A stretch of DNA of 64,000 bases from Rhizophagus irregularis (Eukaryota), in the NCBI RefSeq assembly GCF_026210795.1, contig NC_089433.1, positions 4,092,001-4,156,000 of the forward strand, in the 5' to 3' direction. The translations under genes and the position numbers were made by a program. A model generated the notes under the pieces. It had not been told where the DNA came from. It worked only from the letters and a program-made list of their open reading frames with translations, and did not search any database. Positions 29,330-38,144 of this stretch are shown here, piece by piece (position 1 is the stretch's first letter; the number at the start of each line of letters is the position of its first letter).

Positions 29330-30660
29330 AGAGAGAAATTAATGTCCTAAAAAATAAAAGAAAAAGAACGGTTAGTACCGTTCGTTAACGTTAATATTAA
29401 AAAAAAGAAAAAAAAACCAAGCTTACGAATCTTGTTCTTCGGAACTCAGAAGTCCACCTAAAAAAATAAAGAAAAGAACGGTTATTAGTAACCGTTCATA
29501 ATAAAAAAAAATTAAATAAAATTAAAGTTTCGTACCGTAATAGTACGAAACTTTGGTTTTCTGCTATTCGAAAGCCACCCAAAATACCCGAGACCTAAAA
29601 AAAGAATAAGAACGGTTAGTACCGTTCATATAATAAAAAAATAAAAAAAAACTCCAAAAAATTCGTACTTACGAATTTTTGGAGTTTCTGTATTTCAGAA
29701 GCCCGCCCGAGAGCCGAACCTACAAAAAAAAAAGAAAAAAAACGGTTAGTAACCGTTCTATTAAAAAAAATTAAAAAAGACTTCAAAGAATTCGTACTTA
29801 CGAATCTTTGGAGTTTCTATATTTCGGAAGCTCACCCGAGAGCCGAACCTAAAAAAGAAGAAAGAACGGTTATTAGTAATCGTTCATTAATAAAATTAAA
29901 AAAAAAACAAAAAAAAAACCAAGATTCGTACTTACTTACGAATCTTGGTTTTCCGTTCTTCGGAACTCGTAAGCCTTCCCGAACCTATAAAAAAAATATA
30001 AGAACGGTTAGTAAACCGTTCGTAATAATACAAAAATACAAAAATAAAAAAAAAGTAAAGATTCCTTACGAATCTTTGGGGTTTTCCGTTCTTCGTAACT
30101 CGGAAGCCAACCCGAACCTAAAATAATAAAGAAAAAAAACGGTTATTAGTAACCGTTCATTAATATCACAAAAAAAAATAAAAGAATAAAACCAAGATTC
30201 GTACTTACGAATCTTGGCTTTTTCCGTTCTTCGGAACTCGGAAGCCCACGATCCTAAAAAAAGAAGAAAAGAACGGTTATTAGTAACCGCTCATAATATT
30301 AAAAAAAAATAAAAAAAAAACCAAGATGAATCTTGGCTTTTTTCCATCCTTCGGAAGTTCATTCCCTTTCGTTTTCCCCTTTCGTTTTCCCCTTTCGTTT
30401 TCCCTTTCTTTTTCGTTTTCCTTTTCCTTATCATTTTTACCCTATCCCTTTCGTTTTCCCCTTTTCCTCTCGTTTTTCGCTTTCTTTCATTTTTCGCTTC
30501 TCCTTTTGTTTCTTTTCCCCTTTCATTTTTCGCTTCCCCTCTCGTTTTCACTTCCCCTTTCATTTTCACTTTCCCTTTCGTTTTCTCTTGCCCTTTATTT
30601 CCTGCGAAACCTATATGGAAAACAAGAACGGTTAGTAAACTGTTCATAATATTAAAAAAA
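29330..30660 (-). repeat. Tandem array of ~110-140-bp palindrome-containing units resembling intron plus microexon
   Basis: About nine GAACGGTTA..ACCGTTC hairpins, most paired with TTCGTACTTACGAA hairpins; minus strand reads GTAAGT...CTAA...TTTTAG; pyrimidine-rich low-complexity tract 30335-30600. Confidence 0.75.
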
Positions 30661-30667
30661 CTACTAC

Positions 30668-31288
30668 GTCGTCGGGCTGGTAGTGTGCCTCGCTACGCTC
30701 CTCCCACCTTGGCCTCGCGGCCTCACAGTACCTACATCCCCCCTCCGTGGGGCAGGTTTACCTGCCACAGTACCATGGTCTGCCACGGTATTTTTCCACT
30801 TATTTTTTTTCTACATTTTTTCTTATATATAACTTACTATGACAACTATGGCAACTATGGCAGACTACTTAAAAACGGAATAAAAACGCGAATAAAGCCG
30901 AAATCAGACAGAATCTCCTGCCATAGTACCTGCCATAGTACGAAAAACCTTATAATAATACTATGGCAGCCTTAGTCAGCCCCTTAGACCCCAAAACCCG
31001 ATTCACGCTATGATTACCCTTTATATACTCACCTAGACCCCCAAGTAACACCCCCTATGTCCTGAACTATGGCAGCCGAACTATGGCAGCTGAACTATGG
31101 CACCCGAATTATGGCACCTGAACTATGGCACCCGAATTATGGCAGCCGAACTATGACCCCAAGTATGACCCCCTATGTCCTGAACTATGGCACCCGAACT
31201 ATGACCATCAAACTATGACCACCGAACTATAACCACTTGCCCCCGTCAGAAAAAATACATTCGGCAATTGAAGATTAGGTAACTATAA
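30668..31288 (+). repeat. Left terminal inverted repeat (621 bp)
   Basis: Reverse complement of 53405-53965; starts GTCGTCGGGCTGGTAG; contains 14-bp GAAYTATGGCASCY repeats. Confidence 0.95.
31266..31275 (+). promoter_or_regulatory. Element-specific upstream motif AATTGAAGAT
   Basis: Identical 10-mer 23-41 nt before ATGs at 31299, 38729, 47757 and 53376; variants before 32189, 48328, 48902, 50849 and 37992. Confidence 0.6.
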
Positions 31289-31298
31289 GTAACATACA

Positions 31299-31814
31299 AT
31301 GATAAACTTACACGCCGCCACTTCTCTTGCCGAAGATCTTGGTCTCGATCTTGTAGACATCTATGGAATCCGTAAATGGATCCAAATGCAGGCTTCGCCC
31401 TTCAACGACCCAGACATAGTAAGAGAGATGGTCAGAAACCTTCCGATCAAAGAATTCGGAAAACATCTCAAGATAAACAGACTCTGGTACAACGGTTGTA
31501 AAGCCAAGTTGTGGAAGCGATATAAAGAAGCTGAGGAGGTATACAAACAGGCAGTAGACTACTACAGGGAGGCCATTGGCAATTTCAATGAAGCCGATCA
31601 GAAAAAATACACTAGGTTCGCAGGAATGGTGGCAGTAGAAAGAGCTCTCCTCAGATGTGGCTTTATAACGCAAGAGTCCGACTGGGAGAAATGGACTCAA
31701 ATAACGTACAACATCCAATTGCTTAAGGAAGGCCGCACTCTTGATGACTCGGACGATGAATCAGATGATGGAGAGGTATCTCTCGATGACTCAGATGATG
31801 AGGAATACTTTTAG
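31299..31814 (+). CDS. Hypothetical helical protein with acidic tail (element ORF)
   Basis: 171-aa ATG ORF directly inside the left TIR, after the shared motif; D/E-rich C-terminus. Confidence 0.75.
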   Translation: MINLHAATSLAEDLGLDLVDIYGIRKWIQMQASPFNDPDIVREMVRNLPIKEFGKHLKINRLWYNGCKAKLWKRYKEAEEVYKQAVDYYREAIGNFNEADQKKYTRFAGMVAVERALLRCGFITQESDWEKWTQITYNIQLLKEGRTLDDSDDESDDGEVSLDDSDDEEYF

Positions 31815-31823
31815 AAGGCGGTA

Positions 31824-32144
31824 CTAATCTGTCTTTCTCTTTTTTGCTTCCTTAAGGTATTTATCAATACACTGTTTACACGCGTCATCAGCCTCTAAAA
31901 TTTTTTGCCCAAGTTTTTTGCATTGCCGATTATACGCCGTCTGATGTCTTTTAGCCGCGGTTTCTTTTTTCTTCTCCTTGGTTTTCTTTTTGATAACCCA
32001 GTCTATCCCAGTAAAAGTATTCTTATGCATCCCACAAACTACACAGTCACCATGTAAACGATAGCAGCCATTTGTGGTCATATCTTGTATTTCACTAGCA
32101 GTCTCGGTTTCCTTCTTACACTTTAGGCAGTAAAATCGTGTCAT
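31824..32144 (-). CDS. Small basic Zn-ribbon protein (DUF5679-like)
   Basis: MTRFYCLKCKK...GDCVVCG, Lys-rich tail, further CxxC; probable ATG 32144, divergent from the integrase. Confidence 0.7.
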   Translation of the reverse strand: MTRFYCLKCKKETETASEIQDMTTNGCYRLHGDCVVCGMHKNTFTGIDWVIKKKTKEKKKETAAKRHQTAYNRQCKKLGQKILEADDACKQCIDKYLKEAKKRKTD

Positions 32145-32188
32145 CTTAAGATTTGAAGTCCGAAATCTTTCCTTTAATTTGTCGTAAT

Positions 32189-33280
32189 ATGTCGCATTTA
32201 GAGAATTATTACAAATACTACAATCTCTCCGGAGTACCGGCACGAATTCTAAAAGGTGAGGAGCACTACAACCTATACAAAAAGCCCTTAAAGGAAAAGT
32301 CATCAGAGCGTCCACGAGTAGTTGTATGGAAATCAAATGCGACGCATCAGGCAGATCTCGCAGAGATGCCAGTCGACCCCAAAGGATTCCACTATTTCCT
32401 CGTAGTGGTGGAAGTCGCGGGTAAACGAGTCGATGCAGAACCCCTAAAGGATAAGACTGCAAATAGGATTCTAAACGGGTTTGTCAAAATCTACAGAAGA
32501 AATCGTATTAAGCCACCAACACACAGACTGGAGACAGACTCCGGATCAGAATTCACCAATGATCAGGTACGTGATTTTTTCCTGAACAGCCTAGGGGTAA
32601 TGATGAGGTTCGGAGAGCCAGGAAGACACAAACAGCAGTCATATGCCGAACGAGCTATCCAAGCTATTCAAGAACCTCTTCTCAAACGAATGGTGGCACA
32701 GGAGTTGAAGACTGGGGTGACATCCGTGGAATGGTCAGAAGATTTCTGTGATGTAGTTAATAAAATAGATAAACTCTGGCAAAGAAATCCCCCAGACATT
32801 CCGACTGGGTCACCCAAGGTGTCAAAAAAGACGGAACTTCTCTCTGAAGGAACGCGTGTTCGAGTAAAGTTAGATGAACCTATCTCAGTACTCGGGAATA
32901 AACTCCATGGAAAATTTCGTACAGGTGATATAAGATGGAATCCCAATATCCGTGTCATCAAAAAAATGATCCTCTCACCCGAACAGCCTCCTACGTATCT
33001 TCTTGATGGACCACACGGGCGACTAGGTGTATCCAGATGTGCATACACCCGAAAAGAGTTGCAGATTGTTCCAGAAAATGAACATCCCCCACCTAACTCC
33101 GTGATAAGAGGGCAACCCGAAAGATTTGTACCTGAGCGGATACTCCGGCATCGCATCAGGAAGGGTCAAGACCAGTATCTAGTCAAGTGGGAACGATACC
33201 CAGATACCGAAGCCACTTGGGAACCCGCTGACCGGTTGGAGGAGGATGTCCCCGATTTAATCCGCAAGTTTTGGGAATAA
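32189..33280 (+). CDS. Retroviral-like (rve) DDE integrase with C-terminal chromodomain, Maverick type
   Basis: HQADL / ETDSGSEF / YAERAIQ catalytic triad; chromodomain ERILRHR...YLVKWERYPDTEATWEP; first ATG 32189. Confidence 0.92.
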   Translation: MSHLENYYKYYNLSGVPARILKGEEHYNLYKKPLKEKSSERPRVVVWKSNATHQADLAEMPVDPKGFHYFLVVVEVAGKRVDAEPLKDKTANRILNGFVKIYRRNRIKPPTHRLETDSGSEFTNDQVRDFFLNSLGVMMRFGEPGRHKQQSYAERAIQAIQEPLLKRMVAQELKTGVTSVEWSEDFCDVVNKIDKLWQRNPPDIPTGSPKVSKKTELLSEGTRVRVKLDEPISVLGNKLHGKFRTGDIRWNPNIRVIKKMILSPEQPPTYLLDGPHGRLGVSRCAYTRKELQIVPENEHPPPNSVIRGQPERFVPERILRHRIRKGQDQYLVKWERYPDTEATWEPADRLEEDVPDLIRKFWE

Positions 33281-33294
33281 AAAATAAATATTCC

Positions 33295-34026
33295 CTATTT
33301 TTTGTCTCCTCGATTCACGTCAGAAACTATCGGGATAAAACCATTCTTCTCATTACAAGTAAGGGCGATATGTTCACGTGATTCATGGACATCATAATTG
33401 TAACGTTTCAGACACGTCCGGCTCAATCCAATCTCCCTATGCTTGTAATCGCTTAAAACCGCGAGGTCCTCAGTGATAATACAATCAGGGGTTAGTTTGA
33501 TTGACACACCTTTTACCATGCCGAATGTCCTACCAGATCCCGGAGCGCCGGATATGTTATGTGTAATACTCTTGTCGATATCCAACCCTAATTCTTCAGC
33601 GGCTTCTCTCTGAATAAAAGACGCGTTAGCACAAGTGTCTGCTAAACACTGAATTGCTATCCCATTGACCTCCCCATCCAGCGCTAAAAGATCTTTAGTA
33701 TTCTCCAAACGAGCTATGTCAATATCCATCGGGTCATCTTCCCTGATATCCTCTTCTTGTTTTTCCTCAACTAGGTCTTCTGGAATCTCCGTACTTTTAC
33801 GAGCAGACTTTAATTCTTCCCGAAGAATCTCGCGGAGTAATTTCCTAAAATCTGCAGACCTTAATAAACTTAATGAATCATTTTTGGTGACGGCTTTTAT
33901 AAGTGTAGGCTTACTCCTAGTAACCTTCACAGGAATCTTAATAGGAGTCATTTTAACTGATTTTTTTGGAACAGATTTAAGAAGTTTCGAGATACTTACA
34001 CCCTTATCCGAGTTTACTTTTTTTTT
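33295..34026 (-). CDS. Retropepsin-like aspartic protease, -1 frame relative to Gag
   Basis: GEVNGIAIQCLADTCANASFIQREAAEELGL fits the LxDTGAxxSxI region; flap ISGAPG; PMDID motif; no ATG until well inside the ORF; overlaps the gag end at an A9 run (34018-34026). Confidence 0.75.
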   Translation of the reverse strand, partial: KKKVNSDKGVSISKLLKSVPKKSVKMTPIKIPVKVTRSKPTLIKAVTKNDSLSLLRSADFRKLLREILREELKSARKSTEIPEDLVEEKQEEDIREDDPMDIDIARLENTKDLLALDGEVNGIAIQCLADTCANASFIQREAAEELGLDIDKSITHNISGAPGSGRTFGMVKGVSIKLTPDCIITEDLAVLSDYKHREIGLSRTCLKRYNYDVHESREHIALTCNEKNGFIPIVSDVNRGDKK

Positions 34027-35507
34027 GTACTTCGAACCGCACAAATCCGAAAACCACCTTCCTCATCAGGAACAATTTTCAAGTCATCAAAACTCACGGT
34101 ATTAGTATCAATATCCATAGCATCATCATTAAGATCGAGGTTTCTCATTGCTTGGGCTAATTCCAAATCATCGCGTCTATCTTTAGCCTTCTGAAGTCGC
34201 TTTGGAAATCTTTTAGACGTCTCATATCCCATAATAAGATCAATAACATGTTGATCATCCTCACTAGTCCATTCAGGAGCATCAGGGTCATCACCAACAT
34301 CATGATCTACATAACCATCATCCCAATCAGGATCCTGATGATCCTGAACAACGCGTGGCCGTGGCTTCGGCCGAACAGGTTTAATCTGTTGTCTATAGAC
34401 CGGTGGTTTACGAACTGGCTTAGATGCTTGTAATTGTTTAAATTGCGCCTGAAAATTCTTGGTAAGTTCCTCGGCTTGTGCCTTGAGCAATTCTTGTAAT
34501 CGTTTTTGAGTAATAACGTCTGTCGACCTTTGTATTACAGCACCTTCGTGTGGAGTCACGGGATGAGTATAGCCAGCTAATTCCTCTTTTTTAGCCTTTT
34601 CAATACCCTGGCGCCTTTGTAATCTATAGAACATTTCGCCCTTTCGTCGTTCAAGATCACTCAATCTATCGATTAATATATTAAGAGGTGCCACCCCGAT
34701 TCTGGAAGCTTCAATAACATTTTCCGGCAAAAGTCCTCTATAGAACTGGTCAGTAACCATGATTTGATTATATCCTACAATATCCCCAGCCCTCTCAACT
34801 CGCTTATAGTAAGATCGAACAGGTTCACCTTGTTCCTGGTAAAGGTTACTAAATCGTATTTGAAGTCTTTCTTCCACGACGGTTGGAAAATTTGTGCGCA
34901 TATGCATAAATGCTTGATCCAGGAGAATCCCCTGTAAGACTATCGGTTGATTCTGAACAGCAGCATTGAATGGACCTCCATGATCTCCCAACCCATTAAC
35001 GGGTAGATGAGTAGGACGTCCGCTCGCACGCCTCCACTGCTCTTCAACTTTAAAATTTGTTCTAACGATATCAGCGCGTGATGGGAAAAATGCGTCTCCA
35101 ATAGTTACCGCCGCATTAACCCCAACTAGAGAATATGCATGAGCAGCAGATCCAGGCACATAAGTATTAGGATGTAGTCGTCCAGCACCAGCATTTTCAG
35201 GAACAACCAAAGCTCTGAATGCTCGGCGAGTGGCACCGGCTCCACCATTTGCAGCAGCCACTAACCGAATATTCGAGAGTTCCCAATTTTTTCCAGTAAG
35301 TTCCGCATCAAACCACCTCGCCGCTTCATCTCTCATACAGCTACGAAGAACCCCCATCGCTCGCATCCGACCAGGAGGCGCACCGGCATCGTCCAATGGA
35401 TCAATACCAACGGTATTAATATACCCTAAAAAGTTATCAATAAAAAGATTAAGATCTTCATCTTCCCGACCATGAAATATGGGGGCAGCTATACCAACAG
35501 CAGCCAT
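34014..35507 (-). CDS. Ty3/gypsy-like Gag capsid protein with Ala/Gly-rich insertion
   Basis: PIFHGREDED..FIDNF...MRDEAARWF (capsid NTD); LYQEQGEPVRSYYKRV...DQFYRGLLPE (major homology region, CTD); DAMDID; no CCHC knuckle. Confidence 0.75.
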   Translation of the reverse strand: MAAVGIAAPIFHGREDEDLNLFIDNFLGYINTVGIDPLDDAGAPPGRMRAMGVLRSCMRDEAARWFDAELTGKNWELSNIRLVAAANGGAGATRRAFRALVVPENAGAGRLHPNTYVPGSAAHAYSLVGVNAAVTIGDAFFPSRADIVRTNFKVEEQWRRASGRPTHLPVNGLGDHGGPFNAAVQNQPIVLQGILLDQAFMHMRTNFPTVVEERLQIRFSNLYQEQGEPVRSYYKRVERAGDIVGYNQIMVTDQFYRGLLPENVIEASRIGVAPLNILIDRLSDLERRKGEMFYRLQRRQGIEKAKKEELAGYTHPVTPHEGAVIQRSTDVITQKRLQELLKAQAEELTKNFQAQFKQLQASKPVRKPPVYRQQIKPVRPKPRPRVVQDHQDPDWDDGYVDHDVGDDPDAPEWTSEDDQHVIDLIMGYETSKRFPKRLQKAKDRRDDLELAQAMRNLDLNDDAMDIDTNTVSFDDLKIVPDEEGGFRICAVRSTKKK

Positions 35508-36193
35508 ATCGTATTTTGTGGATGGTTGAGAGGATGTGGAGGAGGGTTCAATTGTCTAATCCGAAACCATTGTACTTGGATACGCAGAGCGGCTATTTGT
35601 TGGAAAAGTCGATTCCTAAGACGTCCCAATGTCCGAATTCCAAAAAGAACCCGATTATTGGCATATACAAGCCGATTTCGTGCCGCATCACGCTCGCCTA
35701 TAGCTCTATTACGTTCACCTATAGCTCTATTACGTTCTCCTCTCATAAGATTATATTGCTGCTGAAAACGACGATTAGTCGTCCGCATACCACCAAACTC
35801 ACGTTCCAATTCAGCCAAATTAGCTTCTAAACCAGTAATAGTATCTTGTACGTTATTTAACTCATCTTGTGTAAGACCTAACAAACCCGTTTGAACCTCG
35901 AGTTCATCTTGTAATTCATCGCGTTCTTTTCGAGATCGATCGCGTTCCGCTTTTAATATATCGTGTTCTTCGTATGTTTCTCTACAGCGATGAATTAATA
36001 AATTAAGAGCATGTTTAAGACGATGGTTGGCATTTTGTACATCTCGATTAACAACCATGCGATCACTGACAGTTAAAAAATCTGTTAGATCCTTAATTAC
36101 CGCAACTAATGGTATATTATTCATATCACGCAAATCCCTAGGAGGCGGTCCAGTAGGCTCTGAAGGAGTATAAATTGCAATTGGTGTCGACAT
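35489..36193 (-). CDS. Coiled-coil protein, probably the N-terminal part of the Gag gene
   Basis: Heptad-rich, with GERNRAI repeats; overlaps the gag ATG; one extra A in the run at 35514-35517 fuses it in frame (PQKYDMAAVG). Confidence 0.7.
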   Translation of the reverse strand: MSTPIAIYTPSEPTGPPPRDLRDMNNIPLVAVIKDLTDFLTVSDRMVVNRDVQNANHRLKHALNLLIHRCRETYEEHDILKAERDRSRKERDELQDELEVQTGLLGLTQDELNNVQDTITGLEANLAELEREFGGMRTTNRRFQQQYNLMRGERNRAIGERNRAIGERDAARNRLVYANNRVLFGIRTLGRLRNRLFQQIAALRIQVQWFRIRQLNPPPHPLNHPQNTIWLLLV

Positions 36194-36224
36194 CGTATTT
36201 AAACTAAATTAGAATAAAATTCAA

Positions 36225-37448
36225 ATGGATCTTTATGTATACAATTTGGACGAGTACACGACCGACTCGAGACAGGGTAATGAGTTTGCCCCATCATGGC
36301 CTTTCCGTCTTGCCGTAGCAGGAAGTTCTGATTCGGGTAAAACAACTATGATCATTAATTTGTTAATGGGAGACAAGAAGGCAAAGGAGGATGGCGAAAG
36401 GTACATATTATGTGATGCGGTAATTCTAGTTGGCAGATACCTCGATGAACTGAAGTGGGCAGTCGTACGTGAATTTTTCAAAGAAGAAGAAATTCCGTTT
36501 ACCGCAGTATCCCATAGTGAGATTCCAAATGTTAAGGACTTCAACTCCACCCAGGCTACTGTGGTAATCTTCGAGGATTTGATGGATGCGCCTAAAAAAA
36601 CCCAGGATCTCATCACTGGATTTTTTACACACGGGCGTCATAAAAATATCTCGTGTATCTATGTGGCCCAAAGATTCTTTACCATTCCCAAGGCTATTCG
36701 TGAAAATGTGAATTATATTTCCCTATATGGAGGTCACGGAAGTTTGACCGATACTAAGAGGATCATCCGCCAGTATACAGAAGAATCGGAGTCACTAGCT
36801 CCAGTAATCGATGACCTTACTCTACAACGCGAATTTATAGTATTTGATCTTAGAAGATCCAAGAGCGATCCGTTATCCATTCGGGTTAGATGGGATACTA
36901 GTCTCAGTTCGATCACCGATCAATCTCAGTTCGATCCTAGTTCGATCTCAGTTCAATCTCCGTTCGATCCGAGTTTGAATCCAGTTCGATCCCCGTTCGA
37001 TCCGAGTTTGAACCCAGTTCGATCGAAGTTTAGTCCTTATGGCCAGAAGGCCGTAGCTGAAGCAAAAAAGTCCTCCCAGCTAATCGAGTTTGCTCGGGAA
37101 TATCCATTGCCTAAAGAGAGAAAACACCTTCTCGTATCTGGTGTTATAGCTAAGAACGCAGATACCTGGATTAAGTACGTCTTTCGGGAAGCCTACGGAC
37201 TATCTGGTAAGACCCTGGGATCAGACTTCCAAAACTTCTTAGCGAAAGTACGGGATAGGACCACGAAGACTGAAATTCCAAAACCTGAGACCGTAAAGGA
37301 GTTATTCTCCCGGTATGAAACCCTGAAGTCTAGTCACCCTTTGGATAATAAAAAAATAATAGAAGGCATTGGAGTCCTTTTACAGATCTTTTCTAAGGGC
37401 CACATGGACCGTCGAGCATTACGAGTAGGGATCAATAGTATTTTGTAA
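36225..37448 (+). CDS. A32-like (FtsK/HerA) DNA-packaging ATPase with C-terminal extension
   Basis: Walker A AVAGSSDSGKTT, Walker B VVIFEDL, GRHKNISCIYVAQ, AIRENVNY; 11-aa repeats SPFDPSLNPVR (~36925-37025). Confidence 0.88.
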   Translation: MDLYVYNLDEYTTDSRQGNEFAPSWPFRLAVAGSSDSGKTTMIINLLMGDKKAKEDGERYILCDAVILVGRYLDELKWAVVREFFKEEEIPFTAVSHSEIPNVKDFNSTQATVVIFEDLMDAPKKTQDLITGFFTHGRHKNISCIYVAQRFFTIPKAIRENVNYISLYGGHGSLTDTKRIIRQYTEESESLAPVIDDLTLQREFIVFDLRRSKSDPLSIRVRWDTSLSSITDQSQFDPSSISVQSPFDPSLNPVRSPFDPSLNPVRSKFSPYGQKAVAEAKKSSQLIEFAREYPLPKERKHLLVSGVIAKNADTWIKYVFREAYGLSGKTLGSDFQNFLAKVRDRTTKTEIPKPETVKELFSRYETLKSSHPLDNKKIIEGIGVLLQIFSKGHMDRRALRVGINSIL

Positions 37449-37992
37449 GAATCTCGCGAAGTTCTTCCGCAGAAGCCCTAAGAATCATGGCGCTTTTTTT
37501 ACGTCCTTCGAAGTCAATCCGTAACATCCTAGCTTTTAACCCAATAGCTCCTAAGGCTCGAGAAGCAAAGTTTTTAGTCATCGGATTACTTATATGACTT
37601 ACATAGTTCTCATAGAATGTAGTAAAGGGTTCATCAATACCATCCGGGTATGTATTCCGTAAGAACTGATATAAGGCAATTTCCCCACTGTCACATCCAA
37701 TGGCTATAAGCTGTTCAAGAAGCCACTTCCTAGTATCCTCGTATGAATCTCCATCCATAATTTTCATATCCAGTCTTTGTGTGAATAATTGCGTAAAATC
37801 CGCATTACTTGCCCGACGAATAATCTGGACCAACTTATCCCTGGCAAGTCCCAAGGCTTGTAAAGGTTCACTCTCGTCACCAATCTTCTTTATAATTTGT
37901 CTATACAACACGCTGGAAAATCCTCTATATGCCGCTTTTGCAGAGAATACTCCACAGTTTTGACACTGGTTTATTAAGATTGATGTTGACAT
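37432..37992 (-). CDS. Hypothetical protein, possible winged-helix C-terminus
   Basis: 186-aa ATG ORF; N-terminal CxxC; FTTFYENY...TKNFASRAL pattern resembles the post-ATPase domain of D5-like helicases. Confidence 0.65.
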   Translation of the reverse strand: MSTSILINQCQNCGVFSAKAAYRGFSSVLYRQIIKKIGDESEPLQALGLARDKLVQIIRRASNADFTQLFTQRLDMKIMDGDSYEDTRKWLLEQLIAIGCDSGEIALYQFLRNTYPDGIDEPFTTFYENYVSHISNPMTKNFASRALGAIGLKARMLRIDFEGRKKSAMILRASAEELREILTKYY

Positions 37993-38144
37993 GGCTATCT
38001 TTCTTTGATTATTCGCTCACTTAGTATCCTTCACAATCTTTTTTATATATTGTTATCTTTAAATACCTGTCATTTGTATAAAAAAAAATAACTGACATTA
38101 AGGGATCAACCGTTGGAAAGACCAGAGGACCGGAGGACTGACCA

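Noticed and set aside
29330..30330. CRISPR array
   Set aside because: Eukaryotic context, intervening segments are mutually similar rather than unique spacers, and there are no cas genes
30291..30975. ORFs 30291-30649, 30685-30975 and mirror 53657-53950 as genes
   Set aside because: They are low-complexity or TIR-derived frames; the TIR ORF differs in frame between the two TIR copies
32189..35507. Gag, protease and integrase as an LTR retrotransposon
   Set aside because: The integrase is on the opposite strand, convergent with gag-pro; there is no RT/RNase H, LTR, PBS or TSD around the block
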